A DNA stretch of 63,719 bases, filler included, from a bacterium (lineage in GTDB: Bacteria; JAMOTN01), in assembly GCA_027062325.1 (NCBI GenBank). It is 3 parts of 3 records of this genome, joined end to end, with 100 filler letters (N's around TTAATTAATTAA, not from the genome) between each part and the next. Parts side by side here need not be neighbours in the genome. Positions count along the whole stretch, not along the records: positions 27,306 to 52,536 come from JAMOTN010000017.1; 2 more parts are not named here. One strand, given 5' to 3'. Made by a program: the position numbers and the translations under genes. Positions 39,166 to 48,226 of this stretch are shown piece after piece. The notes below the pieces were generated by a model. The model was given only the letters and a program-made list of their open reading frames with translations. It searched no databases and was not told the origin of the DNA. Within the stretch, counting starts at the first letter, position 1; the number at the start of each line of letters is the position of its first letter.

Positions 39166-39936
39166 CTACTCCTCCTGCCCTTCCTCTAAGGTTGCACGTA
39201 CCTCTGGATCAAGGTACGGTTTCAACTTGGACTCTATAGCAGCAGGACTTTCTCCAGAAGCCAGCGACACTAATCCTATTACAATCATGTTTTTACACGT
39301 TATCTCTTTTTTTGAAAGCTCCTCAAGCTTAGCTGCAATAGGTCCTGCAAACACGTTGGCAATTATAGCTCCATACAAAGTTGTAATCATTGCAACCGCC
39401 ATTGCAGGTCCCAACGATGATGGATCCGACAACTGCCCAAGCATGATGATCAGACCAACCAATGTTCCAATCATTCCAAATGCCGGTCCAAAGTAAGCCC
39501 ACTGATCAAGCATCTTTTTACCAGCTTTGTGACGCTCTTCCATCTGCTCCACTTCAGTCTCAAGAACCTCTTTTAATACATCAACGTCAACACCCATCAT
39601 CATTGTTTCAACACCACGTTTAATTAGAGGATCCTTTATATTTGGAATCTCACTTTCCAAAGCCATCATTCCCTCTTTCCTAGCCTTGTTTGCTAACTCC
39701 AATATGACATTCATAACTTCAAGTGGATCATCTTCCGGCTTTTTAAAAGCCTTTCCAATTACTTTGGGAAGTTTTTTAAAATCCTCCATAACAAAGCTTG
39801 CAAACGTAACTCCCAAACTCCCAACAACCGTAATGAGGAAAGATGGAATGTCAATAAATGCCCCAAGGTTACCAGCCATTCCCATCAAAATTGCTACTGT
39901 AGCTACTCCAATCCCTGCAACACTAGCTATTTCCAA
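39166..39936 (-). CDS. motA: Flagellar stator A subunit
   Basis: ARKEG..ALE, PAFGMIGTLVGLI.ML, AVAMITTLYG. Confidence 0.96.
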   Translation of the reverse strand: MEIASVAGIGVATVAILMGMAGNLGAFIDIPSFLITVVGSLGVTFASFVMEDFKKLPKVIGKAFKKPEDDPLEVMNVILELANKARKEGMMALESEIPNIKDPLIKRGVETMMMGVDVDVLKEVLETEVEQMEERHKAGKKMLDQWAYFGPAFGMIGTLVGLIIMLGQLSDPSSLGPAMAVAMITTLYGAIIANVFAGPIAAKLEELSKKEITCKNMIVIGLVSLASGESPAAIESKLKPYLDPEVRATLEEGQEE

Positions 39937-39995
39937 TCTATCTCCCTCCTTTATTCACATTTTTATTCCTTTCAACAACTAACCAACTTCAAGCA

Positions 39996-40259
39996 TCACT
40001 CTATCTCTTCCACAAGCAAACCCTCTTTTTCAAATTTTTCACGTTCACAATCCTTCCACAACATACCCTTTGACATAAAAACCTTAGCATACCAAGTGGT
40101 TATCATTTCCGCAATCTCTTCAGGTGCCTCCTTAACTCTTATTTTAGAACCGTCAACAAGAGTAACAACAGTATCGGGAACAGCCTCAACATACTTTATA
40201 AGGGAAACGTTTATCATTAACTTAGTCCCGTTTACTCGAGTAAGCCATATCATCTCCAT
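39996..40259 (-). CDS. flbD: Flagellar protein FlbD
   Basis: MI.LTR.NG....N...I..VE..PDT..TL..G....VKE; start at ATG 40259 or 40253. Confidence 0.9.
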   Translation of the reverse strand: MEMIWLTRVNGTKLMINVSLIKYVEAVPDTVVTLVDGSKIRVKEAPEEIAEMITTWYAKVFMSKGMLWKDCEREKFEKEGLLVEEIE

Positions 40260-40285
40260 CCCCCCAAAGCTAGTCCCCCAAAAAT

Positions 40286-40293
40286 TTATCGGC
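40286..40293 (-). promoter_or_regulatory. Sigma28 -10 element upstream of flbD-motAB
   Basis: Perfect GCCGATAA on the minus strand; -35 element unclear. Confidence 0.45.
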
Positions 40294-40307
40294 AACACTA
40301 CACCTTA

Positions 40308-42482
40308 TCAAAGCTCTTTCCACTCTCTATGAGAAAATTTAAGCTCATCAATCCACACACCATCCGGTAATTCTAAATCCTTCCACTTATCACTTTCAAA
40401 AGAAGCCGTAAAACTCATAACCTCTAATCCTTGTTGAACCGGTGGATAAGCCCTTCTCAAACCAAAATTATTTACTGAAAACTCTCTAACTTTGACATAA
40501 AACTCATCTGCCACACTTTTATCAACAGTAAACCTAACTGTTAAATACTCAGGAGACACTTTTACACTCCTTCTTCTCGCTATCTCTCTCTCCATAAATT
40601 CAGAAAGAGCCATATTCAGTAATTTTTCAGGCACCTCAACTCTTCCACTCGTTTGAATTAAAACTTTGTAATCTTCACCAAACCTTCCACCTCTTCCAAC
40701 AAGCTGTTTCAATATAGAAAATGCCTGCCAATAACTATCCAATCCCCCTACTAAAATGTCCTCAAAATCAATTATCCCCACAAAGGCTACATTTCTCACA
40801 TTCATACCTCTGCTCACAATTTGAGTTCCGACAAGGCAGCTTCCATCACTCCTCGAAAACTCATCTAATATCTTTTCAAATTCTCCAACTCTTCTAACTC
40901 CACTATCCACCTTGAACACATTCTCTCCAAATATGGCTCTCAATTCCCTCTCTATCCTATCAACTCCTGCTTTTACAACATCCAATTTTGAATAACACTT
41001 CGAACATTTCATATCAGAAGTAGCAGTATAACCACAAAAATGACACATAAATCTATTTGGCCTATAAAAAACTAAACGTGCTTTGCAAATAGGACAAACA
41101 GGAGTCGCTCCACATTTGGGACACACTACCCTGAACCACCATCCACGTCGGTTGTGCAGAATTATAGCCCGCTTTCCTTCCCTAACAACTTGCCGCAGCT
41201 CATTCTTCATTTGGTCCGAAATATTAGCAGTTGCAGTAGGAGTAAAACGCACAATCTCAACCACAGGATGTTTTTTTAAACTCTCAGTCCCAACTAAACT
41301 CAATACTTCTTCACCCAAGCTATATTCCCTTAAGCCCAACCAAACTTCTGGGCGCGGTGTAGCTGAGGAAAGCAAAAACTTTGCATTATGTTCCCTTGCA
41401 AGCAGCCCAGCAATATAAGCAGCATCAGTATGAGGATTCTCAGAAAAATAACCAGCTTCTCCCTCTTCATCAATGCCAATTAACCCAAGATTTTCAAAAG
41501 GCAAGAACAAAGCACTTCTTGTCCCCACAACGATACAATTTTTTTTCTTCTCAACAGCTTCGAAAACCGCCCGTTTCTCTTCTGCGCTCAAAAGATAGTG
41601 AAATTTAAACACCTTTATCCCCATAGAGGCAGCTCTAGCACAAGTATTCTCAACAAGAAAACTGGTCGGTTGAAGAATAAGTGCTTGCTTATTCTTAATC
41701 ACACACTCTTCTGCCAATTTCAAAAGCAATGTAGTCTTACCACTTCCCGTTTGCATATCTAAAATACTTTTATAAGGCAACTCATTTAACAAAGACTTTT
41801 GGGGAAGGTCCGAAGCAATATTTTGCTCCACCTTATCAAACGAGTCTCCCACTTCTACGAGTTCACCAACACTAAGCAACCTATCAACTCCAGAATTTCC
41901 AATTCCCTTTTTCAAAAGAGCCAACTTATCAACAACCTCACCCACTTTAAATCCAATCTGGGTCAATATTCCTTCCTTCGCCACCTTCCAAATGGAATTT
42001 CTAAACACTTTTAAAATCCCACACCTCAATGCTTCATACGCTTCATCTCCAAAATTTTTAACCACAGTTGAAAACTTAACGGGACGCTTTCTATAACGTT
42101 TTAGAATATTGTCAAATCGCGTAAATATACAACTAACACCTTTTCTATTAGCAACTTCTGCAGAAGAATCTGCAATAACTTGGAGATTTTCATATCTGAA
42201 CGATAAGTACTTTTTAAAAATTGCAGCAGGGTCAACCTTATAAATTCCAGCAGCCTTTATCACAGCTTTTGTTAACTCTTGTGGAATCTTTCCAATTTGA
42301 GCAACAACAGGTTTTAATTTATAAGTAGTAAATTTATCCTCTTCTAAAACAACTCCATAGTAAAATTTTCTACCAACCTCTACCACCACTTCCGTCCCCA
42401 CGGGATAAGAGGTAGCATAGGTAAAACTACGCGCAAGTTGTATTACTGCAACTTTTCTCACAAAACCACTTCCCACACACAC
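40308..42482 (-). CDS. priA: Primosomal protein N' (PriA), divergent
   Basis: TGSGKT, GTRSALFLPF, DEEG, SATP, NRRG, four CxxC pairs, GTQ, Q..GR.GR. Confidence 0.9.
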   Translation of the reverse strand: MCVGSGFVRKVAVIQLARSFTYATSYPVGTEVVVEVGRKFYYGVVLEEDKFTTYKLKPVVAQIGKIPQELTKAVIKAAGIYKVDPAAIFKKYLSFRYENLQVIADSSAEVANRKGVSCIFTRFDNILKRYRKRPVKFSTVVKNFGDEAYEALRCGILKVFRNSIWKVAKEGILTQIGFKVGEVVDKLALLKKGIGNSGVDRLLSVGELVEVGDSFDKVEQNIASDLPQKSLLNELPYKSILDMQTGSGKTTLLLKLAEECVIKNKQALILQPTSFLVENTCARAASMGIKVFKFHYLLSAEEKRAVFEAVEKKKNCIVVGTRSALFLPFENLGLIGIDEEGEAGYFSENPHTDAAYIAGLLAREHNAKFLLSSATPRPEVWLGLREYSLGEEVLSLVGTESLKKHPVVEIVRFTPTATANISDQMKNELRQVVREGKRAIILHNRRGWWFRVVCPKCGATPVCPICKARLVFYRPNRFMCHFCGYTATSDMKCSKCYSKLDVVKAGVDRIERELRAIFGENVFKVDSGVRRVGEFEKILDEFSRSDGSCLVGTQIVSRGMNVRNVAFVGIIDFEDILVGGLDSYWQAFSILKQLVGRGGRFGEDYKVLIQTSGRVEVPEKLLNMALSEFMEREIARRRSVKVSPEYLTVRFTVDKSVADEFYVKVREFSVNNFGLRRAYPPVQQGLEVMSFTASFESDKWKDLELPDGVWIDELKFSHREWKEL

Positions 42483-42488
42483 CTAGCA

Positions 42489-43769
42489 CTAACAAAAAAG
42501 TTTTGAAATGAGTAAATTTACCAAAAACGGAGCAAATTCAAGCTTCTCACCGTAAAACTCAAGTTCATTCTCCGCAAACAGCAGTTTAGCCACATAAGAC
42601 TTTTTCTCCCCAGCTCCCATATTAGACACAATATTGGCAACAACTAAATCCATTCCTTTACTTCTCATCTTTTGTTTTGCCACATTCAAAGCCTCACTAT
42701 CTATTGAATCAAGAAGTGAAAATCCCACTATGAAATCTTTTTTCCCCTTAATAGAAAACAATTCTTTCAAAACATCAACCTCAGGATACAACTCCAACTT
42801 AAATGGAAACTCAACCTCACTCTTTCTAATTTTTTTAGAATACCTTTTAGGAGTAAAATCTGAAATTGCTGCACTAGAAACGTATATCACATTTTTTTGA
42901 CTATTCCTAGCACCCAACCACTCGTTCTTTACAACACTCAACATTTCCTTTGCAGTATCAACTAAAACGCTCTTCACTAACCCCAAAGGCCTACTAGTAG
43001 TAACTAAAACTGTCTCAAATCCAGCTTTAGCAAAAGCCAACGCCAACAATCGTGCAAGTTCTCCACTGGCAGAATTGGTTATAAAGCGAACTGAGTCAAT
43101 GTAAGCTTTGGTCGCTCCACCACTCACTATCACTCTGTAATTTTTTATCTCTTTCAAATTTCCAAAATTTACATTAACATTCATTAACAAAAACGGTGCC
43201 AATTCTTCAGGTTCTATCATTCTCCCCCTTCCAACATCCCCACAAGCAAGCTTTCCAGTGAGACTATCGATAAATTTAATAGCCACCCCATCCTGCAACT
43301 TCAACCTCTTCTTAACCATGGGAGCCTCTAACATGTTAGGATTAGCAGCCAAAGCACAGTATATTGGGTTATAAATCTCTTGCTTTTCAATTTTACCGGC
43401 AAACGCCACTGCAGTTGCCAAAAGCAGATTATCAGCTATGCCAGTGGTGAGTTTCATAGCAGTATTAACAGTGCAAGGAGCTATTACAAATGCATCAACA
43501 TTTTTAAGTTCAAGGTGTAAAAATTTACTCTGCCACCAGTCACTTTCCGTATAACATTCAACACCTGGCCGCCAAAACAGTGGTTTTTTCACAAATTTTT
43601 CAGCAGCTGGAGTAAGTATCACATTAACCTTTGCCCATGGGGACAACAAAGAAACCAATTTAGCAGCTTTGTACGACGCACTACTTCCAGTAACCCCAAG
43701 CGTTAAGCTCTCTATTAAATTTTTACCCCTCATATTATCCTCATTTGCTAACCGCTGCGAATATGCCAC
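42489..43769 (-). CDS. coaBC: Bifunctional PPC decarboxylase/synthetase
   Basis: GVTGS.A.YKA, APCT.NT, GIADNL, LACGD.G.GR, ID.VRFITN.ASG, AAISDF, VGF. Confidence 0.92.
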   Translation of the reverse strand: MAYSQRLANEDNMRGKNLIESLTLGVTGSSASYKAAKLVSLLSPWAKVNVILTPAAEKFVKKPLFWRPGVECYTESDWWQSKFLHLELKNVDAFVIAPCTVNTAMKLTTGIADNLLLATAVAFAGKIEKQEIYNPIYCALAANPNMLEAPMVKKRLKLQDGVAIKFIDSLTGKLACGDVGRGRMIEPEELAPFLLMNVNVNFGNLKEIKNYRVIVSGGATKAYIDSVRFITNSASGELARLLALAFAKAGFETVLVTTSRPLGLVKSVLVDTAKEMLSVVKNEWLGARNSQKNVIYVSSAAISDFTPKRYSKKIRKSEVEFPFKLELYPEVDVLKELFSIKGKKDFIVGFSLLDSIDSEALNVAKQKMRSKGMDLVVANIVSNMGAGEKKSYVAKLLFAENELEFYGEKLEFAPFLVNLLISKLFC

Positions 43770-43777
43770 TACAAGTA

Positions 43778-44425
43778 TTATCTAAGTTTTAATTTTTCTG
43801 CCAAATAAATTGCCTCTATCAATTTACACGCTTCATCAAGATCATCATTCACCACAACGTAATCGTAATTTCTCCCCTGCTCGCACTCCCACGAGGCAAC
43901 TTTTAGGCGCTTTTCTATAATCTCCGGTGTATCTGTTGAGCGCTTAAAAAGACGCTTTTTTAACTCATCAATTGAAGGAGGAGCTACAAACACTAGAGCA
44001 GCTTGAGGAATCTTTTTCTTAATAACAAAGCCACCTTTTACATCTATATCTAATACCACATCAATCCCTGCCTCAAGATAAGGAATGACTTCAGATTTTA
44101 ACGTTCCATAATAGTTTCCGTGAACCTCCTGCCACTCCAAAAATTCATCTTCCTCTATCTTCTTCTTAAATTCATCGTGAGACAAGAAGAAATAATCAAC
44201 TCCGTCCTTTTCTCCTATACGTGGCTTTCTAGTCGTAGCAGATATTGAAAAGTGAATCTTTCCTCCATATTTACCAAGAAGATGATGAATCAATGTACTT
44301 TTTCCCGTTCCACTTGGACCAGAAACAACCAAAAAAGCAGGACGGTACTTAACAAATACACTTCTTTTCAAACCGTAACTTACCGGCTCATACACATTAC
44401 TGTTTTGCTTATTTCCTACTCCCAT
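43778..44425 (-). CDS. gmk: Guanylate kinase
   Basis: SGPSGTGKST, SATTRKPR.GE.DGVDYFF, YYGT, DIDV.G, YDYVVVND. Confidence 0.97.
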   Translation of the reverse strand: MGVGNKQNSNVYEPVSYGLKRSVFVKYRPAFLVVSGPSGTGKSTLIHHLLGKYGGKIHFSISATTRKPRIGEKDGVDYFFLSHDEFKKKIEEDEFLEWQEVHGNYYGTLKSEVIPYLEAGIDVVLDIDVKGGFVIKKKIPQAALVFVAPPSIDELKKRLFKRSTDTPEIIEKRLKVASWECEQGRNYDYVVVNDDLDEACKLIEAIYLAEKLKLR

Positions 44426-44427
44426 AT

Positions 44428-44466
44428 TTATATTTTACAAACGAGACAGGTTGATGTAAAATATAA
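44428..44466. promoter_or_regulatory. Palindromic bidirectional sigma70 promoter between gmk and rplU
   Basis: Perfect 12-bp inverted repeat TTATATTTTACA-N15-TGTAAAATATAA gives TTTACA-N17-TAAAAT on both strands. Confidence 0.6.
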
Positions 44467-44533
44467 TGGCAAGTGATTATCTATGGGAATGTGTATTAGC
44501 AACGCGAATAAACATCGCAAGGAGGGATAGGCG

Positions 44534-44848
44534 ATGTACGCAATAATAGAAACCGGTGGTAAGCAGTATAAGGTTGAGCCCGGTATCACTCTTTGGGTTG
44601 AAAAATTGGATGCAAATCCAGGAGATGTCATCTCCATTGAGAAGGTGGTATTTGTAAACGCAGATTCAGAAATTGCAGCGGGTAATCCTGTGTTGCCAAA
44701 CTGGGAAGTGAAAGCCGAGGTTGTGCGTCATCTCAAAGATAGGAAAATCATTGCGATGAAGTATCGCCCCAAAAAAAATTATCGCAGAAAGTACGGCCAC
44801 AGACAGTGGTATACCGAAATCAGGATTAAGGATATAGTAAAGAAGTAA
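44534..44848 (+). CDS. rplU: 50S ribosomal protein L21
   Basis: MYAIIETGGKQYKV, KKNYRRKYGHRQ. Confidence 0.98.
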   Translation: MYAIIETGGKQYKVEPGITLWVEKLDANPGDVISIEKVVFVNADSEIAAGNPVLPNWEVKAEVVRHLKDRKIIAMKYRPKKNYRRKYGHRQWYTEIRIKDIVKK

Positions 44849-44887
44849 AACGCCCTTAATAAAAACGAAAGTTAGGGGGGAGTCGTA

Positions 44888-45181
44888 ATGGCACACAAAA
44901 AAGGTGGTGGAAGTACATCCAACGGTAGGGATAGTATAGGTAAAAGGTTGGGTGTCAAGAGATTCGATGCGCAATTTGTAAAGGCAGGAAATATAATTGT
45001 TCGTCAGCGTGGAAGTAAAATCTGGCCCGGAATTGGTTGTAAGATGGGAAGTGATTTCACAGTATTTGCAGCACGCGATGGATACGTTAAGTTTTACAAC
45101 AAGAGAGGCAAAAAATTTGTTGGAGTTTTTCCAGCTGAGGAACTTAAGTCGGAGAATTTTAAAGAGGTAAAGACTTGGTAA
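44888..45181 (+). CDS. rpmA: 50S ribosomal protein L27
   Basis: [32 protein letters not shown]. Confidence 0.98.
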   Translation: MAHKKGGGSTSNGRDSIGKRLGVKRFDAQFVKAGNIIVRQRGSKIWPGIGCKMGSDFTVFAARDGYVKFYNKRGKKFVGVFPAEELKSENFKEVKTW

Positions 45182-45210
45182 TAGGTCGGTGAAAATTCTT
45201 CACTTTTGAT

Positions 45211-45927
45211 ATGAGAGATTCGAATTTTATCTTGAGCGAAGGTGTGCAGGAATTACCTAATGAGATTGCCCTCTTTGGGGGGAGTTTTAATCCTCCCCAT
45301 TGGGGGCATTTTTTTGTTTCGTTAAAAGTTCGCGAAGCAGGATTACCTGTTGTTATAGCTCCCGTATTTTGGCTTCCACACAAGTTTGCCCAAACAGAGA
45401 AAGACTTGGAACTTCCCAACAGTTGGTATTTTTACAAGCAAACAGGTATGGTTCCGTTTGAGTTGCGTTATGCAATGTGCAAAGAGATGTGGAAAGGTGA
45501 AGAGAATATATGGGTATCCGATATTGAAAAGAAAATAGCAATAACAAACTTATCTCCAAACTACACATTTTACACTGTTGAACTTCTTAAAAACTATGGA
45601 AAAAAAGTCCACCTTATAATAGGCGAAGACAACGCCATCTCCTTCGACAAATGGTACCGCTCAAAGGAATTACTAAAAAACATCGAAAGTTTATGGATAG
45701 TCAAAAGATTCGGCTCTCATAATCCAGAAAAAATAAAGTTGCTTTCTAAAAAAATAAAAACCCATTTCATAAAAGAAGCCGTTGACGTCTCTGCAACTTC
45801 CATAAGAAATTGGGCTTCCAAGCGCCTGCTCAAACACACCTCTGAAGGCGTAATTAACATTATAAAAAGATACGAACTCTACGGTTACAGCACTCTTATC
45901 ACTACTAGTTTCAGAGAAGCTCAATAA
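45211..45927 (+). CDS. nadD: Nicotinate-nucleotide adenylyltransferase
   Basis: FGGSFNPPHWGH, R..M, YT..T, IIGEDN...F.KW, VSAT.IR. Confidence 0.9.
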   Translation: MRDSNFILSEGVQELPNEIALFGGSFNPPHWGHFFVSLKVREAGLPVVIAPVFWLPHKFAQTEKDLELPNSWYFYKQTGMVPFELRYAMCKEMWKGEENIWVSDIEKKIAITNLSPNYTFYTVELLKNYGKKVHLIIGEDNAISFDKWYRSKELLKNIESLWIVKRFGSHNPEKIKLLSKKIKTHFIKEAVDVSATSIRNWASKRLLKHTSEGVINIIKRYELYGYSTLITTSFREAQ

Positions 45928-45969
45928 AGATATTAAAAAGTACCCTTTTCCAACCGAAAAACTGATGCT

Positions 45970-46782
45970 ATGAGGAGAGTCACAAAGTATTTGTGTTTAA
46001 CGGCAATTTTATCAATGGCATTTTTATTGCAAGCTTTTACCTACAAAGTGGTATCGATTGAGTGGATTGGCACTAAGCCTGCATTCGTTTACATTGAAAA
46101 TCTACAAGAAGGCGAAATCGCACCATTTTGGGTTGGAGAAAAGCTGTGGGGTCACGGTGAGATAAAGAAGATAACTAGCGAGTCCATTGTCGTCACAGAC
46201 GACTTTGGCAACACGCTCGAAGTAAAAGTTGGAGGATTCATACTTCCACCTATGGAGAAAGAGTTGGGAAGCGAAGGCGGAATCAACGTTGGAAAAGTGC
46301 TTTATCATCAAGCAAAATACCTTCAAAAACAGTTTGAAGAGATGAATAAAGGATCAACTAGTAATGAGGCCACTCCCCCGATAGAGACTGAGATAGCTCC
46401 AACTACTGCTGGATCCCAAGAACAAATTCACTCAACACCTACACCCCCAACTCCTCCAGCTTCTCCCAACTCAGTTTCCCAAAAACCAAAATCTCACCCT
46501 GTAAACAAATCCCCTGCACCTAAAACCACAACATCACTTTCTAACACCTCTAAACCACCAGCTACAAATCCAAAATCCAGTACATCAACTTCACCCTCTG
46601 CTCAACTAAACCCAGCTATAACCACTTCTTCTAAAAAAATTTCTACCCCTCCCCAAACAGGAACATATACATCAAAACCAGAAGCAAATCCTGAAACTAC
46701 CCCTGCTCCTGCCGTTGGAGGATCCACCCCTAAATTCAGAACAAAAGCAAAAGTTTCCCCCATTTCTTCAGAAGAAAAATAA
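45970..46782 (+). CDS. Exported protein with a small beta domain and a Pro/Thr/Ser-rich tail
   Basis: Signal peptide, short beta-rich domain, low-complexity C-terminal half. Confidence 0.7.
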   Translation: MRRVTKYLCLTAILSMAFLLQAFTYKVVSIEWIGTKPAFVYIENLQEGEIAPFWVGEKLWGHGEIKKITSESIVVTDDFGNTLEVKVGGFILPPMEKELGSEGGINVGKVLYHQAKYLQKQFEEMNKGSTSNEATPPIETEIAPTTAGSQEQIHSTPTPPTPPASPNSVSQKPKSHPVNKSPAPKTTTSLSNTSKPPATNPKSSTSTSPSAQLNPAITTSSKKISTPPQTGTYTSKPEANPETTPAPAVGGSTPKFRTKAKVSPISSEEK

Positions 46783-46824
46783 AAAAACAAACTCCATCAA
46801 CTATAAAAGCTTCTAAAACTCAAA

Positions 46825-48201
46825 TCAAAATCTCCAGCAATTAAATGAATCAGAAAGTTCTCTTATCTTCTCGCGTGTTAAAACCCCTTTAATATCAACA
46901 ATGGCACCAGCTTCTTTTAAAACCTTCTCAAACCAACCTCTATCCAGCTTTCTAAAAGCATCGTGCTTTACAGCAAGCACAACCGCATCGTACTTCTCAA
47001 CCCTTTCCTCATTCACATTATCCCAACTTATCAAATCTAAACCGTAGTAGCTTTTAACCTCTTCAGCTATAGCCAAAGGATCAGTAACATCAACATTACA
47101 CCCATAATTTTCAAGTTCATGAATTAAATCAACAACCTTGGTATTTCTCACATCGTTAACATTTGCCTTAAAAGTTATTCCCAAAACCAAAACTCGAGCA
47201 GTCGTAAAATTTAAGTTACTCTTTACAAGAAGTTTCACAACCTTAGAAGCCACAAAACCTGGAAACTCCTCGTTGACTCGTCTAGCTGCAATAGCCACCT
47301 GAGGAAAGAATCCAACATTCTGAGCCTTGTATATCAAGTAGTAAGGATCCTCTGGTATACAGTGACCACCCACCAAGCCCGGCTCAAAGTTCAAGAAGTT
47401 CCACTTGGTAGAGGCCGCTTTCAGTACCTCATGAACATCTATGTCCATTTTCTCACAAAACATGGCAAACTCATTAACCAAAGCAATGTTTACATCCCTT
47501 TGTGTATTTTCTAGAATCTTACACGCTTCTGCCACCTTTATTGAAGAAGCCCTGTGAACCCCTGCTTCTATTACTTCCCCATAAATAGAAGCCAACAAAT
47601 CCAACGTAGCTGGCGAATCCGCGGATACAACCTTTACAACCTTATCTGGATAATGTTCCTTATCTCCCGGATTTATACGCTCAGGTGAATAACCAACCCA
47701 GAAATCACGTCCCCACTTCAAACCACTCTTATCTTCAAGTATTGGTATTATAAACTCCTCCGTACATCCCGGATACACTGTTGATTCGATAACCACTCCA
47801 TCTCCCTTTTTTAAAACCTGCGCTACCATTCCAGCTGCTGAACGTAGATAAGAAAGATCAGGTATCTTAAAAGCTGTTGTGGGTGTAGGAACAGTGATAA
47901 TATAAAGTGCAGCCTCACGTGTATCCGCTAAGCTTGATGTATAGGTTATATTTGGATTCAAAATACTGACAGTGTCTATCTCGTTATTCTTATCAAAGCC
48001 CTTTTGAAGCTCTCTCACCCGCTCCTCAGAAACATCAAACCCTATTATCTTGAATTTTCTGGCAAACATTACAGCCAAAGGCAATCCTACGTATCCCAAA
48101 CCAACTATGCAAATCTTAACGTTTCCGTTCAAAAAGTCAGAAAATTTAGGTAAATTCAGATAAACTGAGTTGACAGGATTAAATTCCAAAGACGAACTCA
48201 T
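46825..48201 (-). CDS. UDP-N-acetylhexosamine dehydrogenase (TviB/WbpO family)
   Basis: GLGYVGLPLA, ESTVYPG, SPERINPGD, KILENTQRDVNIA, GGHCI. Confidence 0.93.
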   Translation of the reverse strand: MSSSLEFNPVNSVYLNLPKFSDFLNGNVKICIVGLGYVGLPLAVMFARKFKIIGFDVSEERVRELQKGFDKNNEIDTVSILNPNITYTSSLADTREAALYIITVPTPTTAFKIPDLSYLRSAAGMVAQVLKKGDGVVIESTVYPGCTEEFIIPILEDKSGLKWGRDFWVGYSPERINPGDKEHYPDKVVKVVSADSPATLDLLASIYGEVIEAGVHRASSIKVAEACKILENTQRDVNIALVNEFAMFCEKMDIDVHEVLKAASTKWNFLNFEPGLVGGHCIPEDPYYLIYKAQNVGFFPQVAIAARRVNEEFPGFVASKVVKLLVKSNLNFTTARVLVLGITFKANVNDVRNTKVVDLIHELENYGCNVDVTDPLAIAEEVKSYYGLDLISWDNVNEERVEKYDAVVLAVKHDAFRKLDRGWFEKVLKEAGAIVDIKGVLTREKIRELSDSFNCWRF

Positions 48202-48226
48202 ATCCTAACACCTTCTTGAACAAAAC

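Noticed and set aside
44468..44533. L21 leader RNA (and an L19 leader at 1880-1947)
   Set aside because: Only a 4-bp GCGA/TCGC stem is visible; cannot be supported without a covariance-model search
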